Part shown: positions 26,572-33,667 of the stretch, one piece after another
How the letters are laid out: the number at the start of each line of letters is the position of its first letter
Position numbering within the stretch: the first letter of the stretch is position 1
Virus record (IMG/VR): IMGVR_UViG_3300047546_001190
Strand: one strand, 5' to 3'
Length of the DNA stretch: 64,000 bases
Source: an uncultured virus (IMG/VR IMGVR_UViG_3300047546_001190)
Lineage: Duplodnaviria; Heunggongvirae; Uroviricota; Caudoviricetes
Notes under the pieces: model-generated
Seen by the model: the letters and a program-made list of their open reading frames with translations, nothing else
Told to the model about the DNA's origin: nothing
Databases searched by the model: none
Position numbers and translations under genes: made by a program

Positions 26572-27129
26572 ATGACAATCGCAAATCTTATCGATCACCT
26601 GGAAACTGGTGTAAATTGGAATAAAGTTTTCGGTGTAGTTTGTTCCACTTATGGTGACAAAGGATTCACCTCTCGTGCAGACAACTTCACCAAGTCAACA
26701 ACTATTGAAAAGGCACTTGCAAAGTTTTCTGATCTTAACCGCGTGGATCAGATTGGTTATGACTTCATGTATGGTGGTCTCAAAGTAGAACTGAAGATGC
26801 GTCAGAATCTGTTCTACAAGAGAACACCACATCAGACGCAAGTGATCAAGATGAAGAACTTCCAAGGTAACAAAAAGACTCTGGAAGATTTTAAGAACGA
26901 CCAAACATTTGATGTTGCAATCATCCTGTGTCTGACTACATTTCAGGTGATTGTTGTAGAGGATGATGTTGCTCGCAATCGTTACTTTGCAGATGGTGAT
27001 GGAGTCTTTGCAAAGTTTGGTTTGGGAGACTACTACAAGTGTGATATTGGTGAAGTCAATCCCATAATTCCTCCGACTTCACTATCTGAACAGATTCAGC
27101 AGGCAATCGACAATCACCTGAACTTCTGA
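26572..27129 (+). CDS. Putative PD-(D/E)xK nuclease (single-gene cassette)
   Basis: E...GYDF...VELK spacing typical of the restriction-endonuclease fold. Confidence 0.5.
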   Translation: MTIANLIDHLETGVNWNKVFGVVCSTYGDKGFTSRADNFTKSTTIEKALAKFSDLNRVDQIGYDFMYGGLKVELKMRQNLFYKRTPHQTQVIKMKNFQGNKKTLEDFKNDQTFDVAIILCLTTFQVIVVEDDVARNRYFADGDGVFAKFGLGDYYKCDIGEVNPIIPPTSLSEQIQQAIDNHLNF

Positions 27130-27136
27130 GTCCTTC

Positions 27137-27168
27137 AAAGTTACTCACCTCGAAAGTGTACCTATAGT
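27137..27168 (+). repeat. 32-bp cassette-boundary repeat, copy 9
   Basis: Exact G-variant then ATG. Confidence 0.95.
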
Positions 27169-27435
27169 ATGACCACTCCCGAAACCATGATCGAGTTCCC
27201 CACACTGCAGTCTAAAGATGGCACGATGCTGGTGGGTTTCTATCCTATCACCGATGCACCCAATCATGTTCTCAAGGTTCTATCTTGGAAAGGTGTTGAT
27301 ACCATCTCTCGCAAGTGCATCTGGAAATCTGATGTAACTCGTGAGGTGAATGAGCGTCTGTCACTGGGATACTTTATCACTGGTGATAACATCGGCACTG
27401 AGCAAGAATGGAATCCTATGCAAGGTGCGTGCTGA
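27169..27435 (+). CDS. Hypothetical protein
   Basis: ATG abuts repeat 9. Confidence 0.7.
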   Translation: MTTPETMIEFPTLQSKDGTMLVGFYPITDAPNHVLKVLSWKGVDTISRKCIWKSDVTREVNERLSLGYFITGDNIGTEQEWNPMQGAC

Positions 27436-27596
27436 TGAAACATTCTAACACTGTTCGCATTATTGACAAACTCGGATTGTTTCCTGAGACAAGAGGAAAG
27501 GCACGATATATCACCGTCAAGACATACAATCATGCGATGGAAATTGTAGACGAACAAAACAAACTTGGCAACATAGCAACACTGATTAACTGGTAA
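27435..27596 (+). CDS. Hypothetical protein
   Basis: TGATG coupling; stop 2 nt before repeat 10. Confidence 0.6.
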   Translation: MKHSNTVRIIDKLGLFPETRGKARYITVKTYNHAMEIVDEQNKLGNIATLINW

Positions 27597-27598
27597 TT

Positions 27599-27630
27599 AA
27601 AGTTACTCACCTCCAAAGTGTACCTATAGT
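27599..27630 (+). repeat. 32-bp cassette-boundary repeat, copy 10
   Basis: Exact C-variant then ATG. Confidence 0.95.
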
Positions 27631-27789
27631 ATGAGCACCACAACCACGATGCAAACTCTCACTCAAGACGACATTCTAGCACTGATGGCACTAATTGAGT
27701 TTCATGATGATTGGGACGAAGTAAGTGAAGTTGTCGGTGCTGATGTTGCTGCACTTTATGATAAGGTTTCCAATCTTCTGAAGAAATGA
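27631..27789 (+). CDS. Hypothetical protein, 52 aa
   Basis: Hand-translated; ATG abuts repeat 10, stop overlaps the next ATG. Confidence 0.6.
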   Translation: MSTTTTMQTLTQDDILALMALIEFHDDWDEVSEVVGADVAALYDKVSNLLKK

Positions 27790-27986
27790 ATTACTACAAA
27801 GTCACAAACATCGAGTTTGATTTTGATGATGAAGATCTCACTCAAGAAGAGCAGGATGAGATCATTCAAGAGACCAAATCCTGTCTGTGGGATTCACCTA
27901 ATGGAGAGGAATCTCTTGCCGATGTAATCACTAACAACACAGGTTGGTGCATTAAGTCACTTTCTTACGATACGATTCATGCTTGA
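27786..27986 (+). CDS. Acidic hypothetical protein
   Basis: IEFDFDD...TGWCI motif. Confidence 0.7.
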   Translation: MNYYKVTNIEFDFDDEDLTQEEQDEIIQETKSCLWDSPNGEESLADVITNNTGWCIKSLSYDTIHA

Positions 27987-28128
27987 AATCCTGCTCGCAT
28001 CTACCATCATCGGTGCAACTGAGATTGCTCCAAATGTTCTCCAGATTGACTACCTTACTCCGACGAATCAGATTGTCACTGTCCTCGAAAATACAGAACT
28101 CCAAGGAGGACAAACCGACCGTGATTGA
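27979..28128 (+). CDS. Hypothetical protein, 49 aa
   Basis: Hand-translated MLEILLASTIIGA...; overlaps both neighbours. Confidence 0.5.
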   Translation: MLEILLASTIIGATEIAPNVLQIDYLTPTNQIVTVLENTELQGGQTDRD

Positions 28129-28264
28129 AACTCAATTCTTTATACTGACTCCTGAACAATATCAAGAACATCTACACGATGCTGATGAACTGAATGTTAC
28201 TCTAGACTATTATTTGTCCGAGTTCTGTGATGTCCAAGGTCCTCTAATTTCTACAAACAAATGA
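28121..28264 (+). CDS. Hypothetical protein
   Basis: GGAGG SD, GTG start (3' part of track ORF 27983-28264). Confidence 0.55.
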   Translation: MIETQFFILTPEQYQEHLHDADELNVTLDYYLSEFCDVQGPLISTNK

Positions 28265-28497
28265 TTCTCTACAATCCCGAAGATCACGGTTGTGCCTATA
28301 CTATTGACAGTGAAGGTACATTATACTACATCCCCATTCACTCTAATGGTATTCTCAACTTCGGTGAATTATGCGAGGTTGATTATGAAGAACTGCGAGA
28401 TGGTGGATACGAAGATGAAGTCCAAGAGGTTCATCAAAAGTTAATTCAAATGATGAAATCTGTAGGCGAATACTATCAACAAGCAGCAGTCAATTAA
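28261..28497 (+). CDS. Hypothetical protein
   Basis: TAA overlaps repeat 11. Confidence 0.65.
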   Translation: MILYNPEDHGCAYTIDSEGTLYYIPIHSNGILNFGELCEVDYEELRDGGYEDEVQEVHQKLIQMMKSVGEYYQQAAVN

Positions 28498-28527
28498 AGT
28501 TACTCACCTCGAAAGTGTACCTATAGT
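28496..28527 (+). repeat. 32-bp cassette-boundary repeat, copy 11
   Basis: Exact G-variant. Confidence 0.95.
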
Positions 28528-28546
28528 ATAGGACTCACTACCACTC

Positions 28547-28864
28547 ATGCGAAAGATCGAAACCCAGATGAATCAAGCAATCACTCAAGAGATTGATTGG
28601 TCAAAGGATAACACCAAAGTCATTAACAACGATGGTGTATCTGAAGTCTATCTGTATAACAATTTGATTGCTAAGATTGGTGATACATGGATGCAACTGT
28701 TCGACGGTAATCATCAGACCAATACTACCAAATCACGTCTGAATGCATTACTCAAAGCACATGGTATTGGTAACGAATGTGTATTCCAAAAGGACTATGT
28801 TTGGAACTTCCGCATGTCTGATGGTACTACAATTCCTTTCTTCTCTGGTATGCGTCTGAACTGA
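28547..28864 (+). CDS. Conserved phage hypothetical protein (single-gene cassette)
   Basis: MRKIE...TTKSRLNALL motif. Confidence 0.75.
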   Translation: MRKIETQMNQAITQEIDWSKDNTKVINNDGVSEVYLYNNLIAKIGDTWMQLFDGNHQTNTTKSRLNALLKAHGIGNECVFQKDYVWNFRMSDGTTIPFFSGMRLN

Positions 28865-28868
28865 TCTC

Positions 28869-28900
28869 AAAGTTACTCACCTCGAAAGTGTACCTATAGT
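28869..28900 (+). repeat. 32-bp cassette-boundary repeat, copy 12
   Basis: Exact G-variant then ATG. Confidence 0.95.
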
Positions 28901-29080
28901 ATGAGAACCCAACTTCAACAAGATTGCCTCAACAAGGCACAACAAATCGCAGATGAAATCAACGGTGATTTGTTCTATGTGCCTGATGAAGATGTAGATC
29001 AACTGTTATCTCAACTCACTGAAGATAACATCGAAGAGATTGCATCTGAACTCGCAGAACTTGCTTATCAATTCAACTGA
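28901..29080 (+). CDS. Acidic hypothetical protein, 59 aa
   Basis: Hand-translated; its only in-frame ATG abuts repeat 12. Confidence 0.6.
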   Translation: MRTQLQQDCLNKAQQIADEINGDLFYVPDEDVDQLLSQLTEDNIEEIASELAELAYQFN

Positions 29081-29084
29081 TCTT

Positions 29085-29210
29085 ATGTCTAAGTTCCTGA
29101 TTGGTGTTGTTGTTGGTATTGTACTCTCTACAGTAGGGTTCAACGGAATTGCATCTTTAGGCAATCGAGCAGTCAACGGAATCGAAACATTCGCATCTCA
29201 GAATCAATAA
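29085..29210 (+). CDS. Small membrane protein, 41 aa
   Basis: MSKFLIGVVVGIVLSTVGFNG; ends at a terminator. Confidence 0.6.
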   Translation: MSKFLIGVVVGIVLSTVGFNGIASLGNRAVNGIETFASQNQ

Positions 29211-29212
29211 GG

Positions 29213-29240
29213 AAAGAGGGAGACTAGACCCTCTTTTTTT
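29213..29240 (+). terminator. Intrinsic terminator
   Basis: AAAGAGGG-loop-CCCTCTTTTTTT. Confidence 0.75.
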
Positions 29241-29313
29241 ATGTCTAAAAACACAATATAACGATAAAAGTATATTAAAATGTATTATAAATGTGTTTTT
29301 AAATGTATATGAG

Positions 29314-29356
29314 TTTTCAACATACCTGTGGAAAAGTATGTTGAAAGTGTGGAAAA
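29314..29356. promoter_or_regulatory. Cluster of DnaA-box-like 9-mers
   Basis: TGTGGAAAA (reverse complement TTTTCCACA) at 29327 and 29348; near-matches at 29314 and 29339. Confidence 0.5.
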
Positions 29357-29430
29357 ACCCTTATTGAATGTATACTTAAGACCCTTATATACCCCTTTAA
29401 ATGCCTCAGGGTCTTGTGATCTTTGCCTGC

Positions 29431-29459
29431 ACTCTATCACAACCGCACAGAAATGTCAA
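29431..29459 (-). promoter_or_regulatory. Leftward sigma70-type promoter with no downstream ORF
   Basis: Minus strand TTGACA-17-TAGAGT with TGn extension. Confidence 0.55.
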
Positions 29460-29534
29460 GACCCCCAAGTATCACAAAACCCCCACACAAGTCTCAGAAA
29501 ACATAAGGACCGCAAATAAATACCCACACCCCTA

Positions 29535-29563
29535 TTGACATCGACTCGGAGAAGTCTTATAGT
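29535..29563 (+). promoter_or_regulatory. Sigma70-type promoter
   Basis: TTGACA-17-TATAGT. Confidence 0.75.
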
Positions 29564-29590
29564 ATTCACATACACATTCGGAGAACACTT

Positions 29591-29764
29591 ATGTCAGTTG
29601 CTTACAGTCAGGCGCAGAAGGTTCGTTATCGTGTAACCCTGGATCTTGAGGTTTTCGCAGACTTCGACCCGCATCAAATGGACTGGGATAAACTCTTTAA
29701 GTTAGAACCTGCTGAGAAGTGTTCTGCGTATGTTGAGGACCTGAGCACACCCGATTCCTGGTGA
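29591..29764 (+). CDS. Hypothetical protein, 57 aa
   Basis: Hand-translated MSVAYSQAQK...; GGAG SD and promoter upstream. Confidence 0.7.
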   Translation: MSVAYSQAQKVRYRVTLDLEVFADFDPHQMDWDKLFKLEPAEKCSAYVEDLSTPDSW

Positions 29765-29777
29765 TTCTCAGGGTCTC

Positions 29778-29809
29778 AAAGTTACTCACCTTGAAAGTGT
29801 ACCTATAGT
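29778..29809 (+). repeat. 32-bp cassette-boundary repeat, copy 13 (1 substitution)
   Basis: AAAGTTACTCACCTTGAAAGTGTACCTATAGT. Confidence 0.93.
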
Positions 29810-29844
29810 GTAAGGACCACTCAACCGACCTCACCAACACTCAC

Positions 29845-30126
29845 ATGCTGAACTTCATTCCTTATGCTGTTCGTCGTCCGTTCTACTATGTGATGGACCT
29901 GATTGCATGTTCTGATTTTCGTCGTGAAGAACTCTCCCGTATCTTCGATGCTTATGAGTATGAGCAATCGATGCAAATCCTGGGGTTCGTCAACTATCTG
30001 GGTATGACAGGTCAGTTAGATGTTTGCAAGAACTTTGACCTGTTTGCTGATGTTGAAGATCTTGAGCAAGCAATCAACAAGTGGAACGATTATAAGGCAC
30101 AGATGAACACTTCTGTTCCTGCCTAA
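29845..30126 (+). CDS. Hypothetical protein
   Basis: First ORF after repeat 13. Confidence 0.7.
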   Translation: MLNFIPYAVRRPFYYVMDLIACSDFRREELSRIFDAYEYEQSMQILGFVNYLGMTGQLDVCKNFDLFADVEDLEQAINKWNDYKAQMNTSVPA

Positions 30127-30196
30127 GTAACACTCAACTCCTGTCGAATGAGTATAAACTAGGCACACACAGTTCACAACACTTTTCTTCGTTATT

Positions 30197-30337
30197 ATGT
30201 CTAAGTCCGTGATGCTCTCCCTGCTTGCTCAAGGTAACAACGGCAACGAGATTCTGCAGATCCTCGATACTCTCATCGAAGACAATCAGCAGGCAGTTGC
30301 TTACTCTCAACCGACTGCAGATGTGATCGAGTTCTGA
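30197..30337 (+). CDS. Hypothetical protein, 46 aa
   Basis: Hand-translated MSKSVMLSLLAQGNNGNEILQILD... Confidence 0.6.
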   Translation: MSKSVMLSLLAQGNNGNEILQILDTLIEDNQQAVAYSQPTADVIEF

Positions 30338-30360
30338 TAACTTAGAGGGGTGCTCAGTGG

Positions 30361-30389
30361 TTGACACTTGGTGCCCCTTATGTTAGACT
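30361..30389 (+). promoter_or_regulatory. Sigma70-type promoter facing a non-coding tract
   Basis: TTGACA-17-TAGACT with TGn extension. Confidence 0.7.
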
Positions 30390-30627
30390 CTTATTCGTTA
30401 TGCGTATTGGCAGTTATTGTGCCGTTGCGGTTATGTGCCCTGCGGGCGTAACGGGGGGTATATAAAAATTGGGTCCTTCCTAACCTACAGAGGTGACAAT
30501 TCGACCTCGATATATCACAAGAACAAAAAATTCCCGGAGTAAAAAATGTTCACCAGATGGATTCATAAGAACGGAAAGTCCTCCCCCGATAAAAGATGTA
30601 AGTCTTATAAAAGTCAAGCAAAGAAAA

Positions 30628-30783
30628 ATGGTGCGAACAAGAGGAAGAAGAAATAGACCCTATTGGAACTTCTGGAAGGTTGTCTTTGCGGGATGGTTAA
30701 TAAGGTATCCACGGCAGTGCTTTACGATCTTCGGAGGCACTGTCGGTTTTTTGTTTGTGTTGATATATAATGCTGTGAGGTAA
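30628..30783 (+). CDS. Small membrane protein
   Basis: PYWNFWKVVFAGWLIRYP plus TM helix; start adjusted. Confidence 0.55.
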   Translation: MVRTRGRRNRPYWNFWKVVFAGWLIRYPRQCFTIFGGTVGFLFVLIYNAVR

Positions 30784-30804
30784 AAAAATCCCGGAAAAAA
30801 TTTT

Positions 30805-31143
30805 ATGACCACAGAGTTGCGCCCATGGGGGTTATTTGAGAACTTACTGGAAGAGATTGATTATAAGGTGAAGAGAATTATTATTTCACCAAATCAATCA
30901 ATATCTCTCCAATATCATTTCCATAGGGAAGAGTATTGGATAGTTGTTGAGGGTAGTGGAGAATTGACTCATGAGGACACTGTAAGGACCGTAGAGGTGG
31001 GTGATAGTGTCTTTATTGGTAAGGAGGAGGTTCATCGTCTTAAAGCAGGTAGAAACGGCATTACGGTGATTGAGACACAATTAGGAATATGTGAGGAGGA
31101 TGATATTGTCAGGTTAGAGGATCATTATGGGAGGATAGAATAA
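30805..31143 (+). CDS. Cupin, mannose-6-phosphate isomerase type II C-terminal-like
   Basis: RPWG...SLQYHFHREEYW...EDDIVRLEDHYGR. Confidence 0.85.
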   Translation: MTTELRPWGLFENLLEEIDYKVKRIIISPNQSISLQYHFHREEYWIVVEGSGELTHEDTVRTVEVGDSVFIGKEEVHRLKAGRNGITVIETQLGICEEDDIVRLEDHYGRIE

Positions 31144-31334
31144 TGGAAAAGATTTATCACATATACGCAAAGGACCGTTGTTTATTTCATTCAATTCGAG
31201 AGGATGAGTTTGAAGTCACTTGGAAGACTTTGAGAAACATGGTGGGTTTGATGCATACAGATTATGAAGTTGATGATTTATCTTATGAGGAACTTATGGT
31301 GAACCGGAAAGTCTCGTTGGATAGTTCCTATTGA
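31143..31334 (+). CDS. Hypothetical protein
   Basis: TAATG coupling; GGAGG SD. Confidence 0.7.
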   Translation: MEKIYHIYAKDRCLFHSIREDEFEVTWKTLRNMVGLMHTDYEVDDLSYEELMVNRKVSLDSSY

Positions 31335-31360
31335 CAAGAGCATATATAGACTGTTAAAAT
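31331..31360 (+). promoter_or_regulatory. Sigma70-type promoter
   Basis: TTGACA-18-TAAAAT. Confidence 0.6.
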
Positions 31361-31383
31361 TGATCTGAAGGTTATTTTTTCTT

Positions 31384-32151
31384 ATGGCAAAAGGATTTAC
31401 TTTGAAGGCTAATGCACCAAAACCCAAGGAAGCAGAGTGGGATTATGATGCGATTAAGGAACGTATGAAGGGCAAATCAATTGTCTTTTGTCTTCCTGGT
31501 CGTGGGTGCTCATTTACTTTTCTGAAGGCATTTGTACAACTTTGTTTTGATCTTGTTCAAAATGGAATGAGTATTCAGATTTCTCAAGACTATTCTTCCA
31601 TGGTTAACTTTGCTCGTTGTAAAGTACTTGGAGCAAATGTACTGCGTGGACCGAAGCAGGTTCCTTGGGATGGTAAACTGGAATATGATTACCAACTGTG
31701 GATCGATAGTGATATCGTATTCAATACCGAAAAGTTCTGGCAACTTTGTGATCTGGCACTTTCTGAAGAAGGTGAAGAGAAGGAGATTGTAGCAGGATGG
31801 TATGCGACAGAAGATGGTCATACAACCTCTGTTGCTCACTGGTTGGAAGAAGATGACTTCCGTAAGAACGGTGGAGTCATGAATCATGAGAATGTAGAGG
31901 GTATCTCGAAGCGTCGTAAACCTTTTACTGTTGATTACACTGGTTTTGGTTGGGTTCTGATCAAGAAGGGTGTATTCGAGAATCTTGAGTATCCCTGGTT
32001 TGCTCCTAAGATGCAAGTCTTCGAATCTGGTGCAGTTCAGGATATGTGTGGTGAAGACGTTTCATTCTGTCTTGATGCAAAAGAACAAGGATTTGAGATC
32101 TGGTGTGATCCTCGTATTCGTGTAGGACATGAGAAGACTCGTGTGATCTAA
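31384..32151 (+). CDS. Conserved T4-like cyanophage protein, GT-A fold glycosyltransferase-like
   Basis: WIDSD DxD, TGFG, GEDVSFC and VGHEK motifs. Confidence 0.7.
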   Translation: MAKGFTLKANAPKPKEAEWDYDAIKERMKGKSIVFCLPGRGCSFTFLKAFVQLCFDLVQNGMSIQISQDYSSMVNFARCKVLGANVLRGPKQVPWDGKLEYDYQLWIDSDIVFNTEKFWQLCDLALSEEGEEKEIVAGWYATEDGHTTSVAHWLEEDDFRKNGGVMNHENVEGISKRRKPFTVDYTGFGWVLIKKGVFENLEYPWFAPKMQVFESGAVQDMCGEDVSFCLDAKEQGFEIWCDPRIRVGHEKTRVI

Positions 32152-32297
32152 TGGCATTTAATATCTTATACAAAGGACGTAAGATATATCAGGACCTCAG
32201 TTACGAAGAATGTACTGAGGTCCTTGACGAACTATCCTCCAAGTATTATACTGAAGAGGACTTTGATATTGAACAACTCGAACTGGAGGAAATCTAA
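32151..32297 (+). CDS. Hypothetical protein, 48 aa
   Basis: Hand-translated; TAATG-coupled at both ends. Confidence 0.6.
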   Translation: MAFNILYKGRKIYQDLSYEECTEVLDELSSKYYTEEDFDIEQLELEEI

Positions 32298-32437
32298 TGG
32301 CTAAAGGTGGATCAAACAAAACTATTTTCGAACCAGGAGCACCAAAGAAGACACGTCAAGGACGTTCTGCCCGGACCCTGCTCTCAGCAACGTCTCGTAA
32401 CGGTAAAAAGAAACGGTATCGGGGACAAGGAAAATAA
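32297..32437 (+). CDS. Small basic protein ending KKRYRGQGK, 46 aa
   Basis: Hand-translated; GGAGG SD. Confidence 0.65.
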   Translation: MAKGGSNKTIFEPGAPKKTRQGRSARTLLSATSRNGKKKRYRGQGK

Positions 32438-32442
32438 TTTAT

Positions 32443-32478
32443 AAAGAGTGCTTAAATAGAAGTAAGCACTCTTTTTTT
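32443..32478 (+). terminator. Intrinsic terminator with a late-promoter-like motif across stem and loop
   Basis: AAAGAGTGCTTA-AATAGAAG-TAAGCACTCTTT-TTTT; contains TTAAATA. Confidence 0.7.
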
Positions 32479-33006
32479 ATGTTTAACGAAAAAGAACTTT
32501 ATATCCTTGATTGGATAAAAGAAGTATCGAAAGTGAGAGAAGAATTAAATGGATTTGCGATTTGTCCATTTGCATCTCATTCGAAATATAAGATTGTAGA
32601 GTGCCCTGCTGAGGAAATTGTACCAATTGAAGGTTATCAGGTTATAATATACATCGTAGAAGACTACTTTGACTTAGATGCTGTTCAATTTTGGGTCGAT
32701 TTTCATAACTCAAAGCATCCAGGATGGAAATTCTTTGAGGATTGTGGGTCATATGATACCTACATTAAGGGGATTAAGACAAATAACGGAAAATATAACT
32801 TAATTTTAGCTCAACCAACAGAAAAGTTGCGAAAATTTAGAGAAAATCTTGCTAGAACCACATACTATGACATGTGGGATGACGAATATCTACAAGAAAT
32901 ACTCGAAAATGACTATGATATCCTTGAAAAACGGGATAGCAACCCCGTAAAAAGTTCTGATTTAACAGATCAGGAGAGCAAAAATGGGAAAACCAGCAGA
33001 TCGTGA
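32479..33006 (+). CDS. Hypothetical protein (CPFA motif)
   Basis: 175-aa ORF. Confidence 0.65.
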   Translation: MFNEKELYILDWIKEVSKVREELNGFAICPFASHSKYKIVECPAEEIVPIEGYQVIIYIVEDYFDLDAVQFWVDFHNSKHPGWKFFEDCGSYDTYIKGIKTNNGKYNLILAQPTEKLRKFRENLARTTYYDMWDDEYLQEILENDYDILEKRDSNPVKSSDLTDQESKNGKTSRS

Positions 33007-33241
33007 CAAAAATTACATGTATGAACTGTGGGGAACCACACATTTAACCTCAGATTATGGTGTTCTTGACAATATTCAAGAGAAAAAGATGCTTAGAGAG
33101 ATCAGTAATGATGATTTGACTCCCAAAAAGCATGATTTTGAGATTCAAAACGAACTTCATGCAAAAATTCGTAATGATGATGACTATGATGATTGGGAAT
33201 ATGGCACTGAACCCCTCTATGAATTCAAAAAACGGTCATAA
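32984..33241 (+). CDS. Hypothetical protein
   Basis: AGGAG SD; precedes gp25. Confidence 0.7.
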   Translation: MGKPADRDKNYMYELWGTTHLTSDYGVLDNIQEKKMLREISNDDLTPKKHDFEIQNELHAKIRNDDDYDDWEYGTEPLYEFKKRS

Positions 33242-33244
33242 ATA
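33237..33244 (+). promoter_or_regulatory. T4-type late promoter
   Basis: CATAAATA before gp25; the same motif occurs at 47523 (gp8) and 59796 (gp15). Confidence 0.65.
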
Positions 33245-33265
33245 AGATAGATTTATAATATTTTC

Positions 33266-33667
33266 ATGCCTGTAGAACGGCTAAGTAGGGGTTTTAAAGA
33301 TCTTAGCATGTCATTTCAGGTTAACCCCCTGAACGATGACCTGATTTCGATTACAAACGAAACTGCTATTGCCCGTTCCGTCAGAAATCTCATCTTTACT
33401 CTACCTGGAGAAAGATTTTTTAATCAAAATCTAGGTTCAAGAGTCTCTAAAGTTCTTTTTGAGAACATGGATGAGATTTCTGCTTCTGTAATTAAGGATG
33501 AAATTGAAAATACAATTCGTAATTATGAACCAAGAGTAGATTTAATATCAGTAGATGTCTCTCCAAACTATGATAATAACGAATTTAATGTGACTATTAA
33601 TTATTATATCGTCGGAATTGATGTTCTTCCGCAACAATTATCATTCGCACTACAGCCAACACGATAA
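33266..33667 (+). CDS. gp25: Baseplate wedge subunit gp25
   Basis: FKDLS...SVRNL...GERFF...GS...YEPRV motif; synteny. Confidence 0.9.
   Translation: MPVERLSRGFKDLSMSFQVNPLNDDLISITNETAIARSVRNLIFTLPGERFFNQNLGSRVSKVLFENMDEISASVIKDEIENTIRNYEPRVDLISVDVSPNYDNNEFNVTINYYIVGIDVLPQQLSFALQPTR

Noticed and set aside
29328..29519. 63-aa ORF in the intergenic gap
   Set aside because: Overlaps the DnaA-like boxes and a promoter; no SD and atypical composition
20461..29809. CRISPR array (32-bp direct repeats)
   Set aside because: Intervening sequences are 235-1926 bp of intact genes rather than 30-40-bp spacers, and no cas genes are present
11256..29809. Classical integron attC sites
   Set aside because: The repeat forms only a weak hairpin, lacks paired RYYYAAC/GTTRRRY ends, and no IntI is present in the window
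30120..30165. Possible small ribozyme (nested TGCCTA/TAGGCA and ACTC/GAGT stems)
   Set aside because: No hammerhead or twister catalytic core could be matched by eye; an Infernal/Rfam search would settle it
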